A stretch of 64,000 bases of DNA from an uncultured Chloroflexia bacterium (GCA_963817265.1 CAWFNU010000017.1:10511-74510), one strand, 5' to 3'; shown: positions 53,066-63,605, counted from the first letter of the stretch. The notes: generated from the sequence alone by a model not told the origin. Numbers and translations are program-made.

Positions 53066-55302
53066 GCCAACTCCTCTTTGCTCAATTGCGACAGGGCAAT
53101 GCCGCGATATATTTCACAGTCCTTCATTAGTTCATCATGGGAACCTTTACCAACAATATTGCCTTCATCTAACACGATAATCTGCTCCGCATTCTTGATT
53201 GTGGCAATTCGTTGAGTTACGATCATCATTGTGCTCGATCCGGTATGTTCCTTGAGCGCTTTTCGTAAAGCTGCATCGGTCTTAAAATCCAAAGCTGAAA
53301 AGCTGTCGTCAAAGATATAAATGGGAGCTTTCTTAACCAGGGCGCGCGCAATTGCGAGGCGTTGCTTTTGACCACCGGAGACATTCATTCCACCCTGTGC
53401 CACTTCGGTCTGCATTCCTTCTGGATTGGTCGAGATGAATTCGGTTGCCTGTGCAATGGTGGCTGCGGAATTTAGTTCATCATCGCTGGCGTTTTCATCA
53501 CCATATAATAAATTGCTTTCAATAGTCCCGGAGAATAGAGTCCCTTTCTGAGGGACATATCCAATCTTTTCCCGCAAGTCAAATTGGGTCACTTGGCGAA
53601 TGTCGGTGTCATCAATCAAAACAGATCCATCTGTAACATCGTAAAAACGGGGAATCAAACTGACGATTGTAGATTTTCCTGAACCTGTTGTTCCAATTAA
53701 TGCAGTTGTTTGACCAGGCTGGGCAGTGAAACTGATATTATGTAATACATCTTCTTCTGCCCCTGGATATCGGAATGAGACGTTTCGGAATTCGACCGTC
53801 CCTCTAAAAGGTTCGGTGAAATGGCTTGGAGATTGTGGATCATTTATGACGGGTTCGGTCTCCAGAACATCTGCAATTCGATCACCAGAAACTGATGCTC
53901 TTGGTAAAATAATGAACATCATCGCCAGCATAAGGAATGCAAAAACGATCTGCATGGCATATTGCATGAAAGCCATCATATCCCCCACTTGCATTGATGA
54001 TTGCGCCACCTGGTGCGCCCCCACCCAGATTATCAGCAACGTCACTCCGTTCATAACCAGCATCATCACGGGCATCATTACGACCATTACCCGGTTAATA
54101 AATAGGCTATTACTTGTCAAATCCTTATTGGCTTTATCAAAACGAGTCTCCTCGAATCCCTGCATGTTGAATGCACGGATAACCATCATCCCCGACAAAT
54201 TTTCTCGGGTCACCAGGTTGAGCCTGTCAATAAGACTCTGAATGATCTTGAATTTAGGTAATGCTATGGCGAATACGGTCAGGATCATGCCAAGAAGTAC
54301 AATGACTGCCAAAGCGATGATCCACCACATATTGGCACTTTTTCCAATGGCTCGGATTACACCGCCAATCCCGATTATGGGCGCATAGAAAACCATTCGC
54401 ATCATCATAATGACGACCATTTGGATCTGTGTAATATCGTTGGTAGATCTGGTGATTAGCGAAGCTGTCGAGAATTTGTCAAACTCCGTACTGGAAAAAC
54501 TTTCAACTTTTTTAAAGACATTCTTACGAAGATCGCGCGCAAGCCCGGCAGCTGTACGTGCTGCCAGGTAGCCCACAATGATCGTACAAGTCCCGGAGAG
54601 TAATGTCACTAGCAACATTAGAAATCCGATATGATAAATATAGTTGGATGAAAGCTTGCCGGTATCCATCCCTATGGCTACGTATTCGGCTTTCACTGGT
54701 GTGACAGCCGCTTGGACGATCATGCTATTACCCAGCGCGGTGAATTTTGCATCAAAAGTACTGCTTATTTGTATAATTTGCGCTGCTGGAAGCTGCGCTA
54801 GTATGGAAAATATATCCACACTGGCTGGTAGCTTCGTCAGGTCGAATCCTAACCCAGAAGCCATCGCTGCTGCTTTTGAGGGGTCTGTCAGGACTTGTTG
54901 AATTCCCGAAACGATCAGGAAAGCTTTTCCCATAATGGGATTCATCCAGGTCGTTTCTGCAGCATTGATCTTGTTAAGGACATAAATGGGCTCCTGAGCA
55001 AGCAGGGGGTACACCTTTACCATGCTGGCAAAATCAGGAGAATTTTTATCTACCAGGGTGTAATCGGATAACACCCTGGTCTTATCGACAACGCTCATAA
55101 AGATTGTTAGCTTGTTCATTTCTGTTTGGCGGACCGCCACAGGTATGGCATTTGCTACGCCTCCCTGCTGAATGCCAACATTAACGATACTCGACAAATA
55201 ATCGGGTAGTGCAAGATCAGCATTGGCTTGCACAAATAGTAAGGCGATTGCGAACAAAATGAGAAATATATAGGGTTTTAAGTATTTTACTAATCGAAAC
55301 AT
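53062..55302 (-). CDS. ABC exporter half transporter, subunit A, with a ~190-aa insertion between TM1 and TM2
   Basis: 746 aa. Walker A GTTGSGKST, signature VSGGQKQR and Walker B IYIFDDSFSALD. Residues ~35-220 between the first two hydrophobic helices are non-membrane. Confidence 0.88.
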   Translation of the reverse strand: MFRLVKYLKPYIFLILFAIALLFVQANADLALPDYLSSIVNVGIQQGGVANAIPVAVRQTEMNKLTIFMSVVDKTRVLSDYTLVDKNSPDFASMVKVYPLLAQEPIYVLNKINAAETTWMNPIMGKAFLIVSGIQQVLTDPSKAAAMASGLGFDLTKLPASVDIFSILAQLPAAQIIQISSTFDAKFTALGNSMIVQAAVTPVKAEYVAIGMDTGKLSSNYIYHIGFLMLLVTLLSGTCTIIVGYLAARTAAGLARDLRKNVFKKVESFSSTEFDKFSTASLITRSTNDITQIQMVVIMMMRMVFYAPIIGIGGVIRAIGKSANMWWIIALAVIVLLGMILTVFAIALPKFKIIQSLIDRLNLVTRENLSGMMVIRAFNMQGFEETRFDKANKDLTSNSLFINRVMVVMMPVMMLVMNGVTLLIIWVGAHQVAQSSMQVGDMMAFMQYAMQIVFAFLMLAMMFIILPRASVSGDRIADVLETEPVINDPQSPSHFTEPFRGTVEFRNVSFRYPGAEEDVLHNISFTAQPGQTTALIGTTGSGKSTIVSLIPRFYDVTDGSVLIDDTDIRQVTQFDLREKIGYVPQKGTLFSGTIESNLLYGDENASDDELNSAATIAQATEFISTNPEGMQTEVAQGGMNVSGGQKQRLAIARALVKKAPIYIFDDSFSALDFKTDAALRKALKEHTGSSTMMIVTQRIATIKNAEQIIVLDEGNIVGKGSHDELMKDCEIYRGIALSQLSKEELA

Positions 55303-55412
55303 GGTCGGGGTAACTCCTTATAACAGGTTCTCAAGTTTATTTTCCAGCACGTGTTCTCTGGCTTGATGTTTGAATACTTAGGTTTATATTTGTAGGGGGA
55401 TTAATAATCTAA

Positions 55413-55865
55413 TTACTCATTCGTCTTTCGCGCAGCCTCAGTAAGGAGGGTAAGCGCTGAAATTATCATATTTTGTTGTTCTGGCATAAGTGCATTTGTG
55501 AGACCTTCTATCCATTTACTTCGCGCTTCGATTCCTTGCTCAATTAATGTGCGACCTTTTGGAGTGACTGCTAGCTGTTTAGCACGACGGTCTTCAGGAT
55601 CTTCCGTCCTTTTAATTAACCCCATTTGTACCAATCGGTCTACAGCCTGGCTGGCTGCCGCATTGGTAACCCCAAGTTGTTGTCCTACATCCGAGACACT
55701 AATACTTCCATGATGGACCAGGGGCATTAGGATACTGATTTGGGAAAACGATAAACCCGAGAGTTCCATGAACCGTCTAAAATCTCGCATGGAGCGGTGC
55801 ATAAAAACCTCAGACCATTCCCGAATCACTTCAATAAATACATTAGATGACGACATAATAAACAT
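55413..55865 (-). CDS. MarR-family transcriptional regulator
   Basis: 150 aa. A winged helix-turn-helix (LSFSQISILMPLVHHGSISVSDVGQQLGVTNAAASQAVDRLVQMGLIKRTEDPEDRR). It heads the ABC operon. Confidence 0.88.
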   Translation of the reverse strand: MFIMSSSNVFIEVIREWSEVFMHRSMRDFRRFMELSGLSFSQISILMPLVHHGSISVSDVGQQLGVTNAAASQAVDRLVQMGLIKRTEDPEDRRAKQLAVTPKGRTLIEQGIEARSKWIEGLTNALMPEQQNMIISALTLLTEAARKTNE

Positions 55866-56041
55866 CCCTGAATAGTTAAGAATGATTGAATATATCTCTA
55901 TGCAAGATATTTGTCAAGTAAGTTGACTCAGCAATATAAATAAACTCGCCGAAAATGGTTATATGTACAACTAAATATATAAGGGAATAGTTTTCCCAGA
56001 AAAATATTTTGCAAAAGTCTTTACTTGTTCAGTGATGGAAA

Positions 56042-56941
56042 TTATTCGGAAAGAGGAATTAATAGTAATGGGATTTGGGTCCGGCGCGCCACACCAGCAG
56101 TCACGCTCCGATTCCAGAATGCATCAAGACCAACCCGCCCATGAGTGCCAAAAATAATTAGGTTTTCCCCATTTTTTTCACCAGTTTTGGCTATAACTGT
56201 CACGGGATCCCCGCGTGCGATCTCAGCAGTGGCGGAGAGATTTTCTTTTTTGAACTCCTCTAGGTGAGTTTGGAAATGCTCTTGAGCGATCTCTTCTGCT
56301 ATATCGAGATACGCGGTGGTAGTGGCCGGCATGAGATTTCCGGAAGCTGCATGTTCACCGGAGAGCGTGCCTAGGGTGGGAATGACACATAGCAGATCGA
56401 GTTGGGCTTTAAAAGCCTTGGCCAATTGTTTGGCAATAGGGATGGCTTTATCGTGGGCGGACTCATTATCAAGCGGGATAAGGAAACGTTTTAACTTGAA
56501 TGGGGTGGGGATCTCCGTCGGCTTAATCAACATCACTGGAGTTCCACTCGCAGCTGCCACCTGTTGGGGAATGTTCCCAAAAAACAAATCGTGCATGCCA
56601 CTATTTCCATGAGCACACAGGAGGATCAGGTCGGGCTGAAACTCGTCTGCGGAATGATCGACTATGCTGCGCGCTACATCTGCAGACGCTGCTGTATGGA
56701 CATGCCAATCAACGGTGGCTTTGGGGGAAAAAGCTTTACTGGCAATTTCTGCCAGGTAGGCATCTGCTTCAGCTGGGTTGGTCAGGTGTCGCTCGCGGTG
56801 AACTTCTTCAGGCGCATCAACCTCGATCACATGCAAAAGGGTAACAGGTGCTTTAAGAGTTTTTGCCAGGGAAGCTGCAGCAGGCAGGGTTGCTTCAGCT
56901 AATTTTGAACCGTCCAGGGGAACTAGAATGTGTTTGAACAT
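56042..56941 (-). CDS. tandem universal stress protein (two UspA domains)
   Basis: The track ORF runs to 56995. The ATG at 56941 (MFKHILVPLDGS) lies just after the mntH stop. Two Usp repeats are present, each ending in a G-2x-G-9x-G(S/T)-like motif (HGNSGMHDLFFGNI / GTHGRVGLDAFWNRSV). Confidence 0.85.
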   Translation of the reverse strand: MFKHILVPLDGSKLAEATLPAAASLAKTLKAPVTLLHVIEVDAPEEVHRERHLTNPAEADAYLAEIASKAFSPKATVDWHVHTAASADVARSIVDHSADEFQPDLILLCAHGNSGMHDLFFGNIPQQVAAASGTPVMLIKPTEIPTPFKLKRFLIPLDNESAHDKAIPIAKQLAKAFKAQLDLLCVIPTLGTLSGEHAASGNLMPATTTAYLDIAEEIAQEHFQTHLEEFKKENLSATAEIARGDPVTVIAKTGEKNGENLIIFGTHGRVGLDAFWNRSVTAGVARRTQIPLLLIPLSE

Positions 56942-56945
56942 AACC

Positions 56946-58262
56946 TTATTTCCCGAAGAATGTTGTATACAGCAGGAAGAAATTGAGAGCGACAATCAGA
57001 CTGGCTGAAAGGCTGGCAAGAAAGGTGGTGAATCGATTATTGACCAATGCACCCATCAAGCTCTTATTACTCGTGAAAAGTACGAGAGGGATCACTGCAA
57101 ACGGCAGTCCAAATGAGAGTACCACCTGGCTGATAACTAAAGTGCGGGTTGGGTCCAGTCCGATGAAGATTACTATCAATGAAGGGATGATGGTCACGAT
57201 CCGGCGAATCCAGGGTGGTATATGGAATTGCAAAAATCCCTGCATGATGACTTGCCCTGCCATCGTTCCAACCGACGATGATGAGAGACCGGAAGCAAGT
57301 AGCGCCACTCCAAATACAATTCCGGCAGCGCGACCTAGCAATGGCTGGAGGGTCAAGTAGGCTTCTTCAAGCGTCCCAACGCTTGCGCCTCCAATATGGA
57401 AGGCAGCTGCAGATGTGATCAGCATGGCGGCATTTACAGAACTGGCGATGACCATGGCTATCACCACATCGATGATCTCGAAATGAAACAAGCGTCTTTG
57501 TTGTTCTGTTTTTTTGACTACCACCCGTCCTTGGGTTAACGCCGAGTGGAGAAAGATCGCGTGTGGCATGACTGTGGCTCCCAGGATGCCTGCTCCTAGG
57601 AGGATACTCTCGGAGTTAGTAAAGTGAGGAATGAAAGTACTGTGAGCGATGGAGGGCCAGTCCGGGTGTCCAAGGAACAATTCAATAACATAACCGATTG
57701 CTATGATCGCCAGGAAACCGGTGATGACCGCTTCGAGTGGGCGAAAACCAAACCTTTCAAGACTGAGGATGACAAATGTGATTACAGCTGTCAGTAATCC
57801 GGCTATCCAAAGTGGTAGTCCGAATAGTAGGTTAAGTGCGACAGCAGCTCCCAGGAACTCTGCTAGGTCTGTGGCCATTGCGACAAGTTCCATCAGGATC
57901 CACATGACAATAACGATGGGGTGGGGGAAGTGCTCGCGACATTGTTCCGCCAGGTTTTTGCCTGTTGCAATGCCTAGTTTTGCAGAAAGCGCTTGAAGAA
58001 GCATTGCCATCAGATTGCTGCCTAAAATCACCCATAGAAGCTCGTAACCAAATTTTGCACCCCCCTGTATGTTAGTCGCGAAATTACCTGGGTCCACATA
58101 AGCAATGCTGGCAATAAAGGCTGGCCCAAGAAACGGCATTAAGCGGGTAAACCAATTCTTTTTACTTCGACCTGATAGGACGGCTTTCGCGTCGCGCGTC
58201 GTTGATTCGGTTTGTGATAGTTTACCCCGATGCGATTTTGAAGATTTGTTCGACGAAGCCAT
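56946..58262 (-). CDS. mntH: Nramp-family divalent metal (Mn2+/Fe2+) transporter
   Basis: The track ORF runs to 58313 and the likely start is 58262 (MASSNKSS). The DPGN motif (AYVDPGNFATNIQGG) and MPH motif (ATVMPHAIFLHS) are present, with 11 TM helices. Confidence 0.9.
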   Translation of the reverse strand: MASSNKSSKSHRGKLSQTESTTRDAKAVLSGRSKKNWFTRLMPFLGPAFIASIAYVDPGNFATNIQGGAKFGYELLWVILGSNLMAMLLQALSAKLGIATGKNLAEQCREHFPHPIVIVMWILMELVAMATDLAEFLGAAVALNLLFGLPLWIAGLLTAVITFVILSLERFGFRPLEAVITGFLAIIAIGYVIELFLGHPDWPSIAHSTFIPHFTNSESILLGAGILGATVMPHAIFLHSALTQGRVVVKKTEQQRRLFHFEIIDVVIAMVIASSVNAAMLITSAAAFHIGGASVGTLEEAYLTLQPLLGRAAGIVFGVALLASGLSSSSVGTMAGQVIMQGFLQFHIPPWIRRIVTIIPSLIVIFIGLDPTRTLVISQVVLSFGLPFAVIPLVLFTSNKSLMGALVNNRFTTFLASLSASLIVALNFFLLYTTFFGK

Positions 58263-58463
58263 ATTAAGAATTGTACTCGAAATTATTAATTTTCCAACCC
58301 GGATGGTTTTCAAAGGAATTGTACGGAAACATATTCAGCAAAAAACACTCGTTTAAATTCTCTCCAGGTGATCATTGAGTTTTACAGAATTATTGTGGAA
58401 AAATAAAAAAAATTATGGTTATTCGTTAGTAAAATGATAAAAAATCAACCTTAAATTCGTGCC

Positions 58464-58492
58464 ATTCTGTTCTTTTTATTTTAGAACAGAAT
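58464..58492. promoter_or_regulatory. perfect 10-bp inverted repeat with a 9-nt AT spacer in the AT-rich region upstream of mntH (candidate operator, or terminator of the upstream gene)
   Basis: attctgttct-ttttatttt-agaacagaat. It lies ~200 nt upstream of the mntH start and ~100 nt downstream of the stop of gene 58590..59357. Confidence 0.3.
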
Positions 58493-58589
58493 CATGTTTC
58501 TTGTTTTCTCAACGACCTATCTTCCCTGATAAATATTCCAAACTAGAACGATAATTCAATATGGTAATTATCAGTCATCACTTAAATAT

Positions 58590-59357
58590 TTAGAGTGGAT
58601 TAGAAATGGGAAAAGGCTGGTTTAGTAATGCTGTAACCACAATTGCTGCATGGTCTGCAGCAATTCTTGAATTTTGAATTATTTGGCGGGATAGAAAAAG
58701 GATTTTTGGGTGCCTGATAACCATTTGAAACAACTTACCAATTCTTAGATCGTAATTATCATTCAAGGCTCCTTCGAGATCCATGGGAATTGGTGATCGG
58801 GGGCCGTCGCTAATTGAACGGATTGATACCAGGGGAATCCCCAATTCTTCGGAAATTTCCGCAATCCCAGCTGTTTCCATTTCTAAAACCGGGTGAGGTA
58901 ATTTTTCGGTGTCCTGGAGACTGAGTTGTGCTCCCCTGGTAGTAATGGTAGTCCCGATTACTAAGTGCCCTCCTGAATTTTCCGTAGCTTGGCTGGCCGC
59001 AGTCCATGCTGAGTCCGACAAGGTTGCAAGAATATGTGACTGGCCTACCTGACCATTTTCCAATGAAGAGGCACTGCTGGCAATGACAACATCCCCAATT
59101 TGCAGGTTCAGGTTTGTTGCCCCTGCTATGCCGAATGAGATTAGTAGGTGCGGATGAACTTCATTTATCATGATACGAGTCGCTGCCCTGGCTCTTTTAA
59201 AACCCATACCAAAAGTAATTAAGACGCACCTTCGGTTCCCAAAATGGAATTGAAAACCTTGGTAAGGTCCAATAGATATGTGTTTCCAAGTTGATATTCT
59301 ACTGAGTAGTGCTCTGCTTTCCTGCCGCATCGCAGCCATCAATCCTATTGTTTCCAT
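58590..59357 (-). CDS. PNP/UDP-1 family phosphorylase/nucleosidase (MtnN / MqnB / HpnG-like)
   Basis: 255 aa. The fold pattern is GIAGA..(I)GDVV.., EMETAG and SIRSISD. Substrate is not assignable by eye. Confidence 0.6.
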   Translation of the reverse strand: METIGLMAAMRQESRALLSRISTWKHISIGPYQGFQFHFGNRRCVLITFGMGFKRARAATRIMINEVHPHLLISFGIAGATNLNLQIGDVVIASSASSLENGQVGQSHILATLSDSAWTAASQATENSGGHLVIGTTITTRGAQLSLQDTEKLPHPVLEMETAGIAEISEELGIPLVSIRSISDGPRSPIPMDLEGALNDNYDLRIGKLFQMVIRHPKILFLSRQIIQNSRIAADHAAIVVTALLNQPFPISNPL

Positions 59358-59535
59358 TTACCAATTCCCATTATTAAGTTGGAATATATAGTTATCTTGT
59401 TGGTGATTGTTATGGAAACAGAGTTTCCGTCTTCAACTCTCTGAATTACATATTTTTGTGTTGGCTGAATATTACCACTCAAACAATAATTCTTTGAGAA
59501 AAACAGGAAGCCAATTTATTTTTGATATTTTGGTA

Positions 59536-61672
59536 ATGGAACCCCCCATGAATTTTCCAACTTGCATGTACAATTACCCCATGGCATATTTTGCATTATC
59601 AATCTTCCTGTCAGCATTCCTTTTGTTTCAGATACAACCGATGATCGCCCGGATCATCCTTCCTTGGTTTGGTGGTACATCCGCCGTCTGGTCCACAGTT
59701 CAGATGTTTTTTCAAGTGTTACTGACTGGTGGATATGCTTATGCCAATTGGTTGGTAGGGAAAAGTCGCAGGCGTGAAATTGTGCATATTGTGCTACTAG
59801 GAATTTCCGTTGCCGTAATTTTGGTATTTGGATTAGTTTGGAAATCGCCCATTACACCAGATGCCAACTGGAAGCCGGTGCAATCGGGTTTTCCGGTTTG
59901 GGAAATCTGCAAAATTCTTCTTGTTTCAGTCGGATTGCCTTATTTCCTTATTTCGACCAATAGCCCCTTGATCCAAGCTTGGTTCCATAGAAAATATCCT
60001 GAGAAGACTGCTTACCGGCTTTATGCACTATCCAATGTAGCATCTTTCCTTGGATTGGTTACTTACCCTGTATTAATTGAGCCGTATTTGACACTTGCTT
60101 GGCAAGGTCGACTCTGGTCTCTGATGTATTTGGCTTCCGCTGGGCTGGCTGGATTTGGGGTAATTAAATCATTAAAGCAAATCAGGATTCCTCAATCTCC
60201 CAATCAATCTGCCACATTGGGTACCAGCCCGGGATTATCTATTCGTGACCATTGCTTGTGGATTATTCTGGCTGCCATTGCTTCCATCTTATTGTTGGCG
60301 ACCACCAGTCAGATTACCCAGGAAGTCGCAGTTATCCCTTTCTTGTGGGTCCTTCCCCTTACTATTTACTTGTTCTCATTCATCTTGGCATTCTCAGGCG
60401 AACGCTGGTACTCTCGCCAGGTATACTTGGTACTATTTTTTGTCGGAACTTTGCTGGTAGGGTGGGCCCTTGGACGAACAGACTCCTTGGCCATTACTGC
60501 CCAGATTGGAATTTACTCCTTCGGATTATTTGTAGCATGCATGGTCTGCCATGGTGAGTTATATCGTATCCGGCCTCACCCAATGCACTTGACTCGCTTT
60601 TATTTATTGGTTTCGGTGGGTGGAGCTTTGGGAGGAATATTTATCAATTTTCTCGCTCCCTTTATCTTTAAAGGGTACTGGGAGTTGTCACTTGGCTACA
60701 CATTATGTTGGGTTCTATTCCTGGTTATTACTTTCGTATACCAAATAAATACCAGAAAACGTTGGGTATTCGTCACAAATAGTGTCTTGCTTTTGAGTAT
60801 GGTCCTTGTTTCCGGAGTGCGTTCATTCCAGCAGATTAAGTCCGATGTTGGAAATGACCTCTTTATCGAACGCAATTACTATGGGGTGGTTCGGGTACGC
60901 TTGCTGGATGCTGGCAATCCCTCAGCGCAACGGTATACACTCGTACATGGTGTCACGATCCATGGGTATCAATTTCTTTCTGATCAAAAACGTCATATCG
61001 CAACTGCTTATTTTGGTGATACCAGCGGGGGAGGTCTCTCGATCCTAAACTATCCCAGGAGGGGAAGTGGAATGCGAGTGGGAATATTGGGTCTTGGGAT
61101 CGGTACTCTCGCCACATACGGTCTACCAGGGGATGTGTATCGGTTTTATGAGATCAATCCGCTGGTAATAGATCTGGCAAAGGGGCAGGGAGGTTATTTT
61201 AGTTATCTTTCCGATTGCCAGGCGAAAGTTGAAATTGTTCCTGGTGATGCCCGGCTATCTTTGGAAAATGAACTTGCCACAAGCGGATCTCAAAATTATG
61301 ATGTGTTGGTGCTGGATGTCTTCTCAAGTGATTCCATTCCCGTGCATTTATTGGATGAAGAATCCTTTAATCTCTATTTACATCATCTCCGTCCGGATGG
61401 GATCTTGGCAGTTCAGTATTTCGAATCGCCACCTTGATCTGGTGCCGGTGGTTTGGACTCTTGCTGATTATTTTGGATTGGAGCGCATATTAATTTCCGA
61501 CCCCGGTTTGGCTCCGGATACTTTTCCATCTCTTTGGATGCTGCTTGCGCATGACGCAAGCTTGCTGGCTATTCCGGATCTGAAAGCTCATGCCACTCCT
61601 ATGGAAGGTTATGTTTCTCCAGCCATGTTGTGGACAGATGATTATAGTAACTTATTTAAGATTTTGAAATGA
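59536..61672 (+). pseudogene. membrane-embedded spermidine-synthase-like protein (multi-TM N-terminal domain + aminopropyl/methyltransferase-fold C-terminal domain), one frameshift (~61415)
   Basis: The track ORF 59407..61437 has about 12 TM helices (..FLLFQIQPMIARIILPWFGGTSAVWST..) followed by YGVVRV..LVHG.T.HG..VGILGLGIGTLA..FYEINP..VLVLDVFSSDSIP. The C-terminus continues in 61229..61672 (..ISNRHLDLVPVVWTLADYFG..LWTDDYSNLF). The start is uncertain (59536-59581). Confidence 0.7.
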
Positions 61673-61708
61673 GAATTGTGGAGAGCTGATTTGTGTCATT
61701 CTTGGACT

Positions 61709-62643
61709 TCACCTGATAAATTTATCGCTTTCTTCATCTAGGGCTCTTACTTCTTCTGGCGTTAACCTCCACCCAATTGCACCGCTGTTTTCTTCCGCTT
61801 GTTTAGCAGTTTTTGCTCCTGGAATGGGAAGCGCACCCTTACAAATTATCCAATTTAAAGCTACCTGACTTGGAGTTTTACCTTGGTGTCCTTTCCCGAT
61901 TTCAGTCATCAAAGCAATCAACTCTGGAAGAGATTTCATTTTACTAGCAGCCTGGCGCGAACGTAACCCAGGTGGAGGCGATTCAAGGGTATATTTGCCA
62001 GTGAGTAATCCCTTTGCAAGAGGAGAATACGCAATAAGCCGCACGTTTAACTCTTTGCAGCGATCCAGGAGGCCGTTCTTTTCCACTATCTTATTAAGCA
62101 AGTGATACTCCACTTGGTTTGAGGCCAGTGGGATTTGTATTTCGATAAAATGGAGTATGCCCTCTGCATTTGCATCTTGCTGTAATTTGAGACGCCAACC
62201 GTGCGCGCCTTGCCGGATTTAACGACTTGAGCTAGCGCTTCTACCCAGAATTCAACCGGCAAGGGTGGAAATGGCCAGTGTATTTGGTAAAGGTCCACGC
62301 AATCCAACCCAAGTCGTTCAAGGCTGTTATCCAGGGAACGGATTAACGCACCTTGGTTGAGCCTCCACGGATAGGGCATGAATTTGGTTGCAACAAAAAC
62401 GGGGGTCTGGGTGGATTTTAAGAATTGTCCAAGAAATCTCTCTGAGCGCCCCCCTCCATAGACTTCAGCGGTATCCATTAACGTTACTCCTGCCGCCACG
62501 GAAACCTGGAACGCCTGTTCAATATCAGTCTCTGCATATCCATGACCAAAATTCCACAGGGTGCGGTCTCCCCACGACCAGGTTCCTAATCCCAATTCGG
62601 CTTGACGGAGGTTTGGCTTTTCGTTTATCGATGGCCCATACAT
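61709..62643 (-). pseudogene. aldo/keto reductase, one frameshift (~62120)
   Basis: Track ORF 62086..62643 (LGTWSWGD, MDTAEVYG, YQIHWP, VGVSNY) is continued by 61709..62113 (..NQVEYHLL in the joined frame, IAYSPLAKGLLTGKY, IPGAKT..QAEEN). Confidence 0.88.
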
Positions 62644-62835
62644 GATCGCCTCCTTTAGAAAAGGCTTCGCGATTGTATCATGGACGCTGGTCAGAGAGCA
62701 TAAATCGGGTTACAATCAACCTAATAAATTTTGGAACTTAGTGGCCGCGAACCCCGTCCCCGTTACTTATTCAGTTTCAATTTCGACGAATTATCCTGAA
62801 TAAATAAAATATTAATCGGAAACTCGGAGGGGGGC

Positions 62836-63585
62836 ATGTTGGCACTCTCTGTGTTCCGCAAGGTTTGTATGAATCACAACCTGGAAAGAAATCGAGAAGA
62901 ACCTCCGGCTGCACTCGTGCAGCGGTTTGATCTTCCTTTCAAAAACCTGCTCTTGGTGACACGCGCCCTGACCCACCGTTCCTACGTCAATGAACACCCG
63001 GAAGCCATTGAGGATAATGAACGATTGGAATTTCTAGGTGATGCAGTTCTTGATTTTGTTGCTGGAGCTTGGCTTTATAACCATTTTCCCGAAATGGCTG
63101 AAGGTGAGCTTACTCGCTTACGCTCAGCCCTTGTTTGTACTGAGCAATTAGCTGAGTTTGCCCGCGCTTTCGACCTGGGATCTGCCATGCGTCTTGGGCA
63201 TGGGGAAGACAATGCGGGAGGCCGTCAGAAAGAGGTGCTCTTATGTGCGACATTTGAAGCGTTGATTGGAGCATTATTTTTGGAAAGCGATATCCCCACC
63301 ATCCAGGGGTTGATTCACCCGATGTTGGAGAAGGTCACTGAACGAATAATTCTATCTTCTGATTCTCGTGATCCTAAAAGCCGTTTGCAGGAATGGTCAC
63401 AGGGCCAGAAATTGGGTATCCCGAAGTATATATCCGTAACTGTAAGCGGCCCCGATCACCAACGGATATTTGAAATCGAAGTGCAAATTAATGGCACAGC
63501 CTATGGACGGGGTATTGGGCACAATAAGCAGATAGCGGAACGCGCCGCAGCCCAGGCTGCGCTGGATCATATTGAAAATCAATAA
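62836..63585 (+). CDS. rnc: ribonuclease III
   Basis: GGAGGGG RBS. The RNase III signature is NERLEFLGDAVLD, with a catalytic E in ..TFEALIGALFL and a C-terminal dsRBD (KSRLQEW..GPDHQRIFEIEV..G.G.NKQIAERAAAQAAL). Confidence 0.93.
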   Translation: MLALSVFRKVCMNHNLERNREEPPAALVQRFDLPFKNLLLVTRALTHRSYVNEHPEAIEDNERLEFLGDAVLDFVAGAWLYNHFPEMAEGELTRLRSALVCTEQLAEFARAFDLGSAMRLGHGEDNAGGRQKEVLLCATFEALIGALFLESDIPTIQGLIHPMLEKVTERIILSSDSRDPKSRLQEWSQGQKLGIPKYISVTVSGPDHQRIFEIEVQINGTAYGRGIGHNKQIAERAAAQAALDHIENQ

Positions 63586-63605
63586 TCGGAACCACTAATT
63601 ATCCC

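Noticed and set aside
55913-55927. GTCAA-N5-TTGAC inverted repeat upstream of marR as a MarR operator
   Set aside because: It has only 5-bp arms in an AT-rich region and is expected by chance. I note it but do not call it a feature.
58314-58589. yybP-ykoY manganese riboswitch upstream of mntH; LexA (GAAC-N4-GTTC) box
   Set aside because: There is no GGGGAGUAG-type conserved core or four-way junction potential. The palindrome has GTTC..GAAC in the wrong orientation and spacing for a Cheo or LexA box.
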